DNA from: Squalus acanthias
Lineage: Eukaryota
DNA: 64,000 nt
Assembly (NCBI GenBank): GCA_030390025.1
Contig: CM059433.1
Location: 18,726,001-18,790,000 of the forward strand
Direction: 5' to 3'
Positions 1 through 12,782 of this stretch are shown in pieces. The notes under the pieces were generated by a model. The model saw only the letters and a program-made list of their open reading frames with translations. It was not told where the DNA came from and searched no databases. Position 1 is the first letter of the stretch; every line of letters begins with the position of its first letter. The translations under genes and the position numbers were made by a program.

Positions 1-6
1 CATTAC

Positions 7-151
7 CTTGGTGAACACAAAAATTCACCCAAGAAAAGGATGAATATCGAGCATCACCTTCTGCATTGGATTTCTTCCTCAGCTTCCACAATATTTCATC
101 GTCGATGTTAATGTGAAGCTTGGAACTGGAATGTGATGTTTGTACGTCATT
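7..151 (-). CDS. Candidate internal exon of unidentified minus-strand gene (NDVQTSHSSSKLHINIDDEILWKLRKKSNAEGDARYSSFSWVNFCVHQ)
   Basis: Acceptor ttgatttgcag, donor CAAG|gtaatg, 145 nt open in frame 0, non-repetitive sequence. Confidence 0.55.
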
Positions 152-274
152 CTGCAAATCAAAACACTGTTCACACTGAAAGGTGTGAAAGCACAAATGC
201 TGAAGTAGCCAGGAATGTGGAAAAAGTAGCACCTTAAATGAATCATCCTGGGGTGCTGCGCCAACATTTTAGGA

Positions 275-540
275 AAAAGAACCTAAATGGCGGGAGATGA
301 GGAGAGTTTTTTTTTTTACACAGCGAGTTGTTATGATCTGGAATGCACTGCCTGAAAGGGTGGTGGAGGCAGCTTCAATAATAACTTTCAAAAGGGAATT
401 GGACATATATTTGAAAAGGTAACATTTTCAGGGCTCGGAGGAAAGATCAGGGGAGTGGGACTAATTGGATCGCTCTTCCAATGAGCTGGCACAGGCACGA
501 TGGACCGAATGGCCTCCTTCAGTGATGCAAGATTCTATCA
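275..540 (+). mobile_element. CR1 LINE 3' fragment
   Basis: Degenerate FFTQRVV..WNALP coding end followed by CR1-type 3' UTR (gggagtgggact...ccgaatggcctcct). Confidence 0.75.
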
Positions 541-1942
541 TTCTAAAAGCAGAGATACAATGGGAGTGCGCCCTGCATACTTTATTGACTCTGACCCAGA
601 AAAATGGACCAGATTTATGGCGAGGTCAGACATGTGGGCAGAAGTCCCACTCTGACTCCTTCTGCCAGTGACTCCCCCTTGAGAAACCCTTCACCCCACT
701 CATGTTTAAGATTCATTGTTTCTGACTGACAAGTGAATAAGGCGAGCTAAACAGAGCTATGTTTAAACATGTCACACGGGCTAAGGCGTGCATCTCCGGC
801 CCTGAGATTTCATGTACAGTACCTGTGCAATTCAAGTATTCACAAAGCTGAAGGTCAATTCGCAGGGACCAGCTTCCCTAGAAATATGAAAGCATTCTTT
901 CTCCACCTGCACCATTAGGGAGAACACATGGGATGTGCCAATTCCGAGCAATCAGTCTGCCAACACCGCTGGAGAAAACAGATGTGTTTTGTACCACAAG
1001 CCAGCCAAGGGTTGATGCCCTCCCCCCAATAACTATCAAACAAGCCAGCCAAAAACCCTGCTCCTGGACAGCCAATGATCAATAGTTCCACTCGATCGCC
1101 AAGATTGGATATTCTCACCAGAGATGCAGAAAAGAAAGCCCATCATTGGACAATGAAATAATTCAAATGTAAAAGCTCTCCATCTACCTTTGCTTCTGTT
1201 GGCTCAAACGGCTTACCCATTTCTAGCCATAATGGCAGGAAAGCAAAGGTAGATTGTGCAGGATTTACAGCACTTGTGCACAGAGGGACAGGCCAGCGAA
1301 ATGTGGATATTTAGAATTTAACCCAAAATTGCCAACTGAAGTTAGTTTGGGTTTGGAATTTGGCGGAATGCTCAGCACGAACATCTAATGGTGGGTGCAA
1401 AGCCTAGTTGAGGGGACAACACCTAATATGTAGGAGGGGGTTTATTGGGTTAGAAGTAAGTGATTTGGAAAGTGGAGCTGATACTCGTGTGTTGGAAAGA
1501 CAAATAGTTTTCTACAAAGTTTGGAGCAGCTTATTAGCTTTTGCCGTGCAAGTTATTTTCCTGTGAAAAATAATGAGCAGAACCTGCCTATTCCTTGATG
1601 TGACAATTACGATTTCAAACAAGAAAATCAGAGCTTGGCATCCAAATTTAACAAAATAGTAAATTAATCATGTGAAGCTATTATTGCCAGATTCCATCAT
1701 TATGACTGCTACATATATAAAATAAATATACTTTCAATGCATTGTATTTTCCTGCCACTTAGAGTGTAAGATTGATGATGCTTGAATTGAAAAATAAATT
1801 TTGCTGTGATGTTTTTTCAATACTATTTTTGCTATTGTAGTTATGCTCATCAACGTGCCGGTTAACAGTAATGGGGGACCCAACAGCTTTCGATATCATA
1901 GACGGCCCCTATAATCTGACACTGCATCACTATATTTGTAAT

Positions 1943-2488
1943 TGGTGGTACCTCTCCAGTGCTTTGAGGTGCCTGCTGTACATGGTCCATGTCTCTGAGG
2001 CATACAGCAGGGCGGGTATCGCTACTGCTCTGTAGATCATGAGCTTGTGCCGGGTTTGAGGTCCTGGTCTTCAAACACTCTCTTCCTCAGGCGACCGAAG
2101 GCTGCACTGGCACACTGAAGGTGGTGTTGGACTTCGTCAGCGACGTCTGCCCTTGATGACACCCTCAAAGCCTCCTTGAAAAAGTGCAACATCCCCACCG
2201 ACACCTGGGAATCCCTGGCCCAAGACCGCACAAAGTGGAGGAGAAGCATCCGGGATGGCGCCGAATACCTCGAGTCTCTTCGTCGGGAGCAAGCGGAAGC
2301 CAAGCGCAAGCAGCGCAAGGAGCGCACGTCAACCCAAGCACCTCACCCACCCACCACTTCAACCACTGTCTGCCCCACCTGTGACAGAGACTGTAGGTCC
2401 CGCATTGGACTCATCAGTCACCTGAGAACTCATTTTTAATGTGGAAGCAAGTCATCCTCGGTTCCGAGGGACTGCCTAAGAGAGAGAG
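1943..2488 (+). mobile_element. RTE LINE 3' fragment with inverted 5' segment
   Basis: 1943-2157 is antisense and 2158-2488 is sense to the RTE at 23650-24674; (GA)n tail; TSD atatttgtaat at 1932-1942 and 2489-2499. Confidence 0.9.
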
Positions 2489-4721
2489 ATATTTGTAATA
2501 GTGTCAAATATATAATCTATTAAATAAAGAAATAAATGTAACACTCAATCTTGGAAATTATGCTATTTTGATAGCTCTCCGTCATATTTAACATATAGTT
2601 TGAATTCCATAACCTAGTCTTGGGACAGCAGCAGCTCGTTGTGTGATGAGGCTATGGTAGCTGTGATTGAGTTTATGTGCATGAGTCTTTATTGGTGATC
2701 TCTGTATAAAGCAGTTTAACGTTGGTGCAAAGCAGGATGGAGAATGGGAAGTCATATGTAAAAGATAGTGGGTGTATGGAACTGCAGTCATACAGAATTA
2801 GAGAGAGGTGAAAAGCAAATTGAAAGAAAGGAATAGTATAACCAAAATGGGAGCTGGGGCAGCAGGCTTCATTATTAACATGCCCTTTCGTCGCAGCTTC
2901 TGAAAATTATTAGAAACATTCTCCACACTTTAAGCCATTACCCACTGAGAAATATTGTAAAAAGACATTATGGCCTGGAATTTCCGTATGATTTCCGCCG
3001 AGACAACAGTTTAATCTGGGCGGCCAGATCAAAGAGAGCGAAAGACTGCGAATTTTAAGCAGTAGTGAGTTGCGCCCATAACCACTTTACTCTGGAGTAT
3101 CCGTGATCTGTTGCGTTGGTTCAAAAGTCCCTTTGCCTGAAGCAATCCCCATCTATAAAACTGGTGATGCCCCCTCGGTCATAAAAGGCGGGTTTCTGCA
3201 GATTGCGCTCATTGGGGGGGGGGGGGGGTGGTGATGGTTATTACATTGTGCCCAGAGTCTCGGGCACACAGGCACCCGCAGTCACATTAATCCAGCATAA
3301 TCACCTAGACCAGCAGTCACTTGAAGCCTGATCTAGGTCTGTTTCGTCTGTTGCAGCAATCAGTTTAAATCCAGCCAATTGATCTGTCCTTCTGGTACAT
3401 AAGACACACCTGACCAGCAGTCAGTTGGGGCCACAGGCCATGCCCTGATGCTGCTGAAATCAAAGTTGAAGAATGGCTCATTTTGATTACGCCGCTCAAT
3501 TGCACTGATGCACGGGAGATTTTCCATTCAGGTTTCTGCTAATGAGTTTGCGCAGAAACCTCCGCGGAATTCCACCTCGGCCAAACCGGCACAGCGTCCA
3601 GCGCATTCTGGGAGCATTTTGCTAAACAAACGTTATGGCCCTGAAAAAACGAATGTTTATTTTGTGGAGTGTCAAATTTATCCATTTTAATAAAATACCC
3701 ACCCTGAGTGTTTCTTGGCCCACCTGCTTGCTAAAACCCCAGTTACACCTAATCCAAAAGGATCTAACTTTTAAGGGGGTGTTTAACAGGGTGGGTAAGC
3801 AAGTGCTTTCTCACAGTGCCTCCTAACCAATAAATTACCTTCAAAATGTATTTATGTAGGCAAATGTTGCAGCCAATTGGCCACAGTAAGGCCCCACAAA
3901 CAGCAAATTACATGAATGACCAGATAATTTTTTCTGGTGATGTTAGTTGAGAAAGGAATGTTGGCTAGGGCACTTCTTTCAATAGAGCTGTTGCATCTTT
4001 TGTGTCCACCTGAGTACCTGGATGCTTCATCCTGAAAGACCGCACCTCTGACAATGCAGCATTTCCTCAGTACTGCACTGAAAGGTGATGGGACATGGAA
4101 GAGAAAGTAACGTGCTCTCTGTACAACTGCTGCTCTTGTATGTTTCCCTTGTAATTCTGAATCTCGGTGAAGTGGGCAAAACTACACGAAATAATCTTAC
4201 ATAACTATATTGCTGCAAAGAAAGCGTAAAATTTATTTCTGCGTGATCATAAAACATTGTGTGTGGCTCTTATAGCAAGCAAGACTTCTTGGTAACACTC
4301 AACATTATATAAACAATGCCTCTCAGTACTATCTATTAGTGCATCTTTTTGTGGCATTGGACAGACAGGGGCCGATTTCAGCTTGAGGCACACAGCAGGT
4401 GGTTAGAAGATGCAGCGTGCCCGAGGCCAGCTCATTGCTACTGCTGTGAGGCCCGAGACTCATGACCATGGATCCGGCAGGCTGAAGGCGTCATATTTCA
4501 CTCCAAGGCAGCTCGCCAGTTGGGGGGGAAGGTAAATCGGCCGACTTCTACATGCAGCCGACCGACAGTCTTGGGGTGGGGAGGGTGGTGGAAGGACAGA
4601 GAGGTAGGCAACCCTGCGGGGCCTTACACGGGCACGCAGCGAGCCGAAGTTTTCGTGTGGGCCCAGTATGATCTCTCCTGCTCCTCTGGCTGGTTTCTGA
4701 GCAGCCTCCAGTAGTTCTTTT

Positions 4722-4840
4722 AAGGAAAGAAGGAAAGACTTGCATTTATATAGCACCTTTCACGACCACCAGACGTCTCAAAGTGCTTTACAGCCAATGA
4801 AGTACTTTTGGAGTGTAGTCACTGTTGTAATGTGAGAAAT
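4722..4840 (-). mobile_element. 3' tail fragment of L2-tailed SINE
   Basis: aagacttgcatttatatagc...aatgaagtacttttgg matches the tail of the SINEs at 16960 and 47978. Confidence 0.7.
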
Positions 4841-6038
4841 GAGGATTACCATTAGGCCACTCAACGTCAGTACAAACATGTGCAGGACATGCTTTGCCCC
4901 TTTGTACCTCATAATTTTATCAGGGTACAAATAAGCAGAGTGCTTGAAGTACACACTTTTCTCATTGGTACCTCAAAATTGTCATTTACATAGGACCTTG
5001 ATTTGCATATCACAGGTGGCCCCCCCTCCTGAAACAGGCAGGCCCTCTGCCTGCCCAAGATGGCATTGACTGGAGCTCCAGCGTAAACAGGGCAGTAAGT
5101 GACCCAATGCCATTTTCAGACTGCTACCACCCCATTTACACCGAGCAGAGAGTCAAGAGCAAGTGTAGTCTTCATGCAAAGCAGGGTTAGTTTGTAAGGG
5201 ATAATTGTACCTCAGCATGCAAACCTAATTCAGTTACCATTTCAAGGTCACACAGACTGTCCTGGTCGTTATAAAATTAATTTATCAAACATTTTTATAT
5301 CTTGTTAAATCATACCGTACCCTTCAGACTTATACAAATAAATTTCTGCAATAAAACTCTCACCACCAGCATCCAATTAAAAGTTTATTAACAGAAACTA
5401 AAAACAAATCCTCATAATAAATTACAATCAGGCAGGAAAAATTACCCTGAACGTCAAATGTAAGCAAATGCCTGAAAACGAACACAACAATTGGAATAAG
5501 GTCTCCATGTCTAATAATGAAATCTCAAATGTAATAAAAGCTGGACCAAAGTGGGTGCAACTCTGTATGCAACAAAACCCGGCCCCTCAAAGAACTGTTG
5601 CAGTTCACAATGACGCAATAAAAAACCCATGCACAAAGAATGGCATGTGTAAATAAAACAGTGGATAAACATATAAATCTGATATTGAAAGACACAGGCC
5701 TGTATGTATCGGTACTGTAATACTATTCACCTACCACTTGGAGATTTACTTAAGATACAAGTTACTTGTACTTCCCCCCGCACCAAAAAGAAAATGTTCA
5801 GTTATTGACATTGGGGCCAATTTTAGTTTTGGGGTGTTGATCAGACGGGCGGTGAGTGGAATGACCTGTAAAGGAAGAGTACTCCTACCATCCTCCCATT
5901 TCTTTGCCCGTTAATAAACTCAGCTGCCCCTTGGTTGGAAGCTGTGAATACCGTCAAATCTTTAGAAAGATCGGGAAGGGCCTTTCTATTGGAAAAATTT
6001 TTTCTTAGGTCTATGGTGGCTGAGTGAGAATTCAGATG

Positions 6039-6460
6039 GCTATACTCTCTGGAGTTTAGAAGAATGAGAGGCGATCTCATTGAAACATATAAGATTCTGA
6101 GGGGGATTGACAGGGTAGATGCTGAGAGGTTGTTTCCCCTGGCTGGAGAGTCTAGAACTAGGGGACATGGTCTCAGGATAAGGGGTCGACCATTTAAGAC
6201 TGAGATGAAGAGGAATTTCTTCACTCAGAGGGTTGTGAATCTTTGGAATTCTCTACCCCAGAGGGCTGTGGATGCTGAGTCATTGAGTATATTCAAGGCT
6301 GAGATAGATAGATTTTTGGACTTTAGGGGAATCAAGCGATATGGGGATCGGGCGGGAAAGTGGAGTTGAGGTCGAAGACCAGCCATGATCTTATTGAATG
6401 GCGGAGCAGGCTCGAAGGGCCGTATGGCCTACTCCTGCTCCTATTTCTTATGTTCTTATG
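6039..6460 (+). mobile_element. CR1 LINE 3' fragment
   Basis: ORF MRGDLIETYKILRG...FFTQRVVNLWNSLP followed by 3' UTR ending ttcttatgttcttatg. Confidence 0.92.
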
Positions 6461-6467
6461 GCTGATA

Positions 6468-6850
6468 CAACAACTTACATTTATATAGCACCTTTAACGT
6501 AGTAAAATGTCCCAAGGTGCTTCACAGGCCCGTTATCAGATAAAATTTGACACTGAGCCACGTAAAGGGACATTAGGACAGATGACCAAAAGCTGGGACA
6601 AAGAAGTAGGTTTTAAGGAGCGACGTAAAGGAGGAAAGAGATGTAGAGAGGCGGAGAGGTTTAGGGAGGGAATTCCAGAGCTTAGAGCCTCGGCAGCTGA
6701 AGACAAAGCCGCCAATGGTGGAGCGATTAAAATAGGGGGTGTGCAAGAGGCCAGAATTGGAGGAGCACAGAGATCTCAGAGGGTTGTAGGACTGGAAGAG
6801 ATTACAGAGATAGGGAGGGCCATGGAGGGAATTTGAAAACAAGGATGCGA
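6468..6850 (-). mobile_element. L2 LINE 3' fragment
   Basis: Minus-strand ORF with GGFVFSCRGSKLWNSLP..LLKTYFF and L2-type tail. Confidence 0.85.
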
Positions 6851-7118
6851 ATACAGCCACAACGGCAGCAGTGTGTGCAATGCTAAAACAGAGAGCTTGA
6901 ATTTAGTGGTTGGCTAAGTTTTCGAGTGTTTTGAAAGGAGTATTTTAATTTTACTGAGTTACTGAGGTGAGTAAGTCTGGGTAAGCTAACTGAAGTAGTT
7001 TTTCAGAGTGTCGCTGTTTCTTCTAATTTAAGGCATAGGTTATGAAAAGGCAAAGTGGTAGCGAGCATCTAGAAATGCAGACCAATTCAATAAACTTATT
7101 TCACTTCTTGGATCTTAC

Positions 7119-7182
7119 CTTTCAGAGAAAGACTATCCCTTTTAAATTGTAGCAGTCCAATCCTATTATGTGGGACATCAGG
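7119..7182 (-). CDS. Candidate exon of minus-strand gene (PDVPHNRIGLLQFKRDSLSLK)
   Basis: Acceptor ttttcccag, donor AAAG|gtaaga, only one open frame. Confidence 0.4.
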
Positions 7183-8324
7183 CTGGGAAAATCTGTGTCA
7201 GGCAAGGTGTGACACCCTTAACTTTGAAATCTCCTGCCATAGCACCACCTATAGGCATAACTGGCACTACAGACAGTACAACGGGTTTGCTGATGGGGCA
7301 GAGTTACTATGAAAGATTTTGATGAAATGCCGATTTTAATATATAATGTGTACATATATATACATTTATATTTATAGTAGGGCTACATTAACAGGGTGCA
7401 TCCAGAGGCAACTGTTACAAGATATAGATATCATAAAATTGACCTTGGTGGTTGCTGAGAGGATAAAAGAACTGGTTATTTTTTATTCAGTATCACTGGG
7501 CAAGTCCAGCACATTTCCATGGCTTGGAGCCAAGCTTTTTATCTTCATTGGTCACTGAGTTATATATCATGGAGCCACCTATGAAGTATAAATCAATGTT
7601 CCCATGAATTTGGACCCTATTCTCAGCGTATAATTTGTTGTGTTATTATTTGCACGGAGTTTTATGTGTCAAATCGTACAACTGTCCCTTAATGGAAGAT
7701 GCTCTTTTGCAAAGTCTTTTTTAATTATTTCACGTAATACTTGCATTTATATAGCACCTCATCATGTTGAAACGTCTCAAAGGGATTTTACACAATTAAT
7801 TACTTCCTGAAGTGCAATGATTGTTCTTAAGCAAATAAACAGCATGGCTTCCCTCAAAGAATGCTATTTCCCTGTGACCCCCACGAATAGCAAAATATCA
7901 AGAGACAGTCACATTCTCAAAATCTTGCAGAGTGCAAATTCATTACAGTCGTGGGACTATAACGATTCTCATTTTTTTCCACGCAATTTTGGGAAACGTT
8001 GCGACATAAATTCTTGGCCATGTGCTGTCATGGAAGGAAATTGTTTCTTCTATTGGGCTATTTGTGGAAAAATGGCTCACCATAAATCAATGTAATTAAA
8101 ATATGATTCACACAAAATGGAGGCTGTGCAAAAAGACATGCACTGCTCATCATGGCTGTAAGACGAATGACCTTATCACTGCTATTGAGGAAACTAAGAA
8201 AAGCATTTATTTTTATGTATATAATACATGCATTGCTATAGGGTAGCTTTTTTGAACAATAAAAGATGCAGCTCTTCTGTTTTTATAATATCAATACTAC
8301 ACTTATGTGAAGAATTTAAAGGTA

Positions 8325-8620
8325 CAAGGACTCGGGGACACAGATTTAAGGTTTTGGGCAAGAGATACAGGGGGGAGATGTGAGGAAAAACTTTTTTACG
8401 CAGCGAGTGCTGAGGACCTGGAACTCGCTGCCGACGGAAGTGGTGGAAGCGGAGACACTCAATGTTTTCAAGGGGAGACTGGACAGGCACGTGAGGGAAA
8501 TAAACTTGCAGGGCTACGGGGATAGAGCGGGGGAATGGGACTGACTGGATTGCTCTACAGAGAGCCGGCACGGACTCGGTGGGCCGAGTGGCCTCCTTCT
8601 GTGCCGTTATGACGCTATGA
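8325..8620 (+). mobile_element. CR1 LINE 3' fragment
   Basis: [19 protein letters not shown]-like sequence followed by CR1 3' UTR. Confidence 0.8.
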
Positions 8621-9109
8621 GCTCTGGAGAGCATTGCAGCCAGGACCAGTGCTCCACATGTAAATGTCACAGCCCCACACTATCCTTACATTTTATGTCA
8701 CAGGTTTTCTCACTGCCAGCCCCACACAGAGGGCCGTGCTCTTCAAAACATAGAGATGACATGGCAGAAGTGCTCTTTAAGAGAACAGGCCTTTTCCTTT
8801 TTTTTCCATTATTCCTGATGGCACCTAGCAGTACAGCAAATTGAACGAGTTTAATGTATTGATATGTTTCCAAATGTCCCAAAAGCAGCTCTACTGAATG
8901 AACCAGAAATAGTTTGAACGTAATAAATGTCCAGGTAGGATAAACAATTACCACCCTGGCTATTAAGTTCACAGGCTGTTAAGACTCTTGTATTTCAGGC
9001 AATTCTGTCCAAGAAATACAATACGAAAACAAAGAAATATAACTTGTCGATAGTGGAAAATAACATTTGAATAACCTTTAAACTGGACTTTATTACAAGG
9101 ACATAGAAA

Positions 9110-9335
9110 GAAAAATACAACAAATTCCTGGAAATCTGAAACGAAAATAGAAAAATCTGCAAATACGCACCAGATCTGTCAGTACTTGTAAAGAGAAAGG
9201 ACAGTCTAACATTTTGGGCGTAATCCCATTTCATTACATCTCATTGTATCTGAAATGTTGGCCTGCCTTTTCTCCTTGCAGATACGGATGGACCTGCCTT
9301 GCGTTTCCAGTATTTGCTGTTCTTGTCTATTTCAT
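9110..9335. mobile_element. Old Penelope-like terminal-repeat remnant, short inverted pair
   Basis: Degenerate similarity in both orientations to the PLE ends at 45373-46312. Confidence 0.45.
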
Positions 9336-10264
9336 AGCTCACACACCTGTTGGACACTCCAATTTCAGATCTCCAAAACCCCGCAACCTATATTAAGAAC
9401 ATAAGAACATAAGAAATAGGAGCAGGAGTAGGCCAATCGGCCCTTCGAGCCTGCTCCGCCATTCAATAAGATCATGGCTGATCTGATCCTCACCTCAAAT
9501 CTAAAGAACACAAGAAGTAGGAGCAGGACCCGGCCACTCAGCCCCTGGGCCCGCTACGCCACCCACAGGGCCTCGACCGATCCGAACTCAGCCTCATGTC
9601 CAATTTCCTGCCCGCTCCCCGTAACCCCTAATTCCCTTTACTTCTAGGAAACTGTCTATTTCTGTTTTAAATTTATTTAATGATGTAGCTTCCACAGCTT
9701 CCTGGGGCAGCAAATTCCACAGACCTACTACCCTCTGAGTGAAGAAGTTTCTCCTCATCTCAGTTTTGAAAGAGCAGCCCCTTATTCTAAGATTATGCCC
9801 CCTAGTTCTAGTTTCACCCATTCTTGGGAACATCCTTACCGCATCCACCTGATCAAGCCCCTTCACAATCTTATATGTTTCAATAAGATCGCCTCTCATT
9901 CTTCTGAACTCCAATGAGTAGAGTCCCAATCTACTCAACCTCTCCTCGTATGTCCACCCCCTCATCCCGGGGATTAACCGAGTGAACCTTCTTTGTACTG
10001 CCTCGAGAGCAAGTATGTCTTTTCTTAAGTATGGACACCAAAACTGTATGCAGTATTCCAGATGCGGTCTCACCAATACCTTATATAACTGCAGCAATAC
10101 CTCCCTGTTTTTATAATCTATCCCCCTAGCAATAAAAGCCAACATTCCATTGGCCTTCTTGATCACCTGCTGCACCTGCATACTAACTTTTTGATTTTCT
10201 TGCACTAGGACCCCCAGATCCCTTTGTACTGCAGTACTTTCCAGTTTCTCGCCATTAAGATTAT

Positions 10265-11005
10265 GGGCCAAAAATTGATCCCGCTGCGCGAGAGTACGCA
10301 CTGCGTACTCTCGCGTATTCTCTCTCCAATTGCCGGTTTTCTGCATGCACTGCGCATGCGCTGAAAACCGGCACTTGGTCTTTGGAAAAGGGGGCGGTTC
10401 CTCGGTGCACCGCGTGCGCGCTACAGGCTGCGCGCACGCTGTGCACTTAGTGCTTTGGACGCGCAGGTAAGGACGGAAGATTTTAGAAACGAAAAAAGGA
10501 GGAGTAAGACCCACTTTTAACAAGGTAAGTAGTGAATTAAGTATTATTTTGAATTTTTTTTAACAGGTATATCTTTTTTAGAGACTTTAAAGACAGGTAA
10601 GTTTATTTCTATAACTTTTTAAAAGATTTTAAATTTTTTCAAAAATTAAATTTTTTATTTAAAATGGTTAATTTATTTAACTATACTTATTTTATTAATG
10701 TGATGGTTTTTTTAAATTTAATTGAGGTTTAGCTGTTATTTTGGGGGTGTGTAAGATTCATAGCTTTCACAGCACGTATGTGAAACTTATGAATGGAAGA
10801 TGGTGTGCTGCCATTGGCTCTAACTGAGTCACGTGATCCCACAGCTCGCACGAATTCACTACGCCGGTGGGACACGCAAGCCCAGCACAGCAGCTGTCTA
10901 GAACATCAAGTTCGTGCGAGCTGGATCTGAAAAAGCCAACGCGGAGTGAGAGATCGCGCCTGCTCCTTACCCCCGCGGGAACAGAGCGAGATCAATTTCT
11001 GGGCC
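10265..11005 (+). mobile_element. PIF/Harbinger-type MITE, family X copy A
   Basis: TIRs gggccaaaaattgatc / gatcaatttctgggcc; 3-bp TSD tat/aat; cleanly interrupts the CR1 coding sequence. Confidence 0.85.
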
Positions 11006-11063
11006 AATAACTTGCTCTCTGATTTTTCCTGCCAAAGTGCATAACCTCACATTTTCCAATATT

Positions 11064-11805
11064 GGCCCAAAAATTCGTGAGGAAGCCTTCGTGCGAGGGT
11101 AAGGCTTCCCCGCGATCTCTCACTGCGCGTTGGCTTTTTCAGTTCCAGCTCGCACGAACTTGATGTTCTGGACAGCTGCTGTGCTGGGCTTGCGTATCCC
11201 ACAGGCGTAGTTAATTCGTGCGAGCTGTGGGATCACGTGACTCAGTTAGAGCCAATGGCAGCACACCATCTTCCATTCATAACTTTCACATAAGTGCTGT
11301 GAAAGCTATGAATCTATACCCCCCCAAAAGAACAGCTAAACCTCAATTAATTTTTTTTAAAAACCATCACATTAATAAAATAAGTATAGTTAAATAAATT
11401 AACCATTTTAAATAAAAAATTAAATTTTTGAAAAATTTTTAAATCTTTTAAAAAGTTATAAAAATAAACTTACCTGTCTTTAAAGTCTCTAAAAAAGATA
11501 TACCTGTTAAAAAAAATTCAAAATAATACTTAATTCACTACTTACCTTGTTAAAAGTGGGTCTTACTCCTCCTTTTTTTATGTGTAAAATCTTCCGTACT
11601 TACCTGCGCGTTGAAACCACTAAGTGCACTGCATGCGCGCAGCCTGTAGTGGGCACGCGGTTCAGCTAGGAACCGCCCCCTTTTCCATTCACCAAGTGCC
11701 GGTTTTCAGCGCATGCGCAGTGCATGCAGAAAACCAGCAATTGGAGACAGAATACGCGAGAGTACGCAGTGCGTACTCTCGCGTAGCGGCACTAATTTTT
11801 GGGCC
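11064..11805 (-). mobile_element. PIF/Harbinger-type MITE, family X copy B (inverted relative to A)
   Basis: TIRs ggcccaaaaatt / aatttttgggcc; perfect TSD att/att; internal sequence is the reverse complement of copy A with scattered differences. Confidence 0.88.
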
Positions 11806-12782
11806 ATTGTATTGCATCTGCCAAATCTCTGCCCACTCACCCAGCTTGTCTATATCCCCTTGTAGGTTTTTTATGTCCTCCTCACTTTCTACTTTCCCTC
11901 CCATCTTTGTATCATCTGTAAACTTTGATATGTTACACTCGGTCCCCTCCTCCAAATCGTTAATATAGATTGTAAAGAGTTGGGGACCCAGCACCGACCC
12001 CTGCGGAACACCACTGGCTACTGGTTGCCAGTCCGAGAATGAACCATTTATCCCAACTCTCTGCTTCCTGTTAGATAACCAATCCTCCACCCATGCCAGA
12101 ATATTCCCCCCATCCAGTGATTTTTTATCTTGAGCAATAATCTTTTATGTGGCACCTTGTCGAATGCCTTCTGGAAGTCTAAATACACTACGTCCATTGG
12201 TTCCCCTTTATATTAAAAAGGTTTTGCAGACAGAGCATGTCTGGAAGGTGTCTCACCTTAAAAGTGGTTTCGCACTTTAGGTGCGACACTTGATACAAAA
12301 CATCATAAGCTGCTCATCAAGCATCGTACTGGTAAAAGGCTAAACAATCAGGAGTCACCATTTGTAAATTGAACAATGCTGACTGGGTAAATTCCACTTT
12401 CACTTCGGAAAAAGACATCAATCAGCAAGCAGCAAGAATGACAAAATGAAACGTGCACCATTTCCATTTATCAAACAGCTAGGAAATGGCTACTTATCAC
12501 CAACCAGCAAGTACCAGAAACGTCACCATTTTAATTTCTCAAACAGCCCAATTTATCTCCATGTAAATAATATTTAGAGCATAATAAACACATAAAAATG
12601 AATAATTCAAACCAAAATGATTAACCTTCCCCATACAACTGTCTCCACAGGTTCTTCTCTTTCCGGAAAGAAAAGGAAAAACATACACTTACCTTTCTCG
12701 GCCTCTTCTGGGCCTGATCCTCTACTGTCCCAGGTTGGACTGACGGGAAAGTCGCAGCGACTTCCCTGCTCAAGTTGGAGTT

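Larger units (their letters stand above)
9397..12208 (-). mobile_element. CR1 LINE (5'-truncated RT region) interrupted by two MITEs
   Basis: [15 protein letters not shown] and RPHLEYC motifs; TSD tatattaa on both sides; close relative of the CR1 at 55093-58320. Confidence 0.92.

Noticed and set aside
9594..10523. 309-aa ORF as a novel fusion protein
   Set aside because: Chance read-through from the antisense MITE into the CR1 RT C-terminus; no support for translation.
10500..10620. Spliced-leader RNA gene (AAG|GTAAG followed by T-rich tracts)
   Set aside because: SL trans-splicing is not established in vertebrates, several donors occur instead of one, and the context is a TIR/TSD-bounded MITE.
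12692..12764. Additional minus-strand exon with AAG|gtaagt donor
   Set aside because: The acceptor is poor and abuts an L2 tail; such donor motifs are common in repeats in this window.
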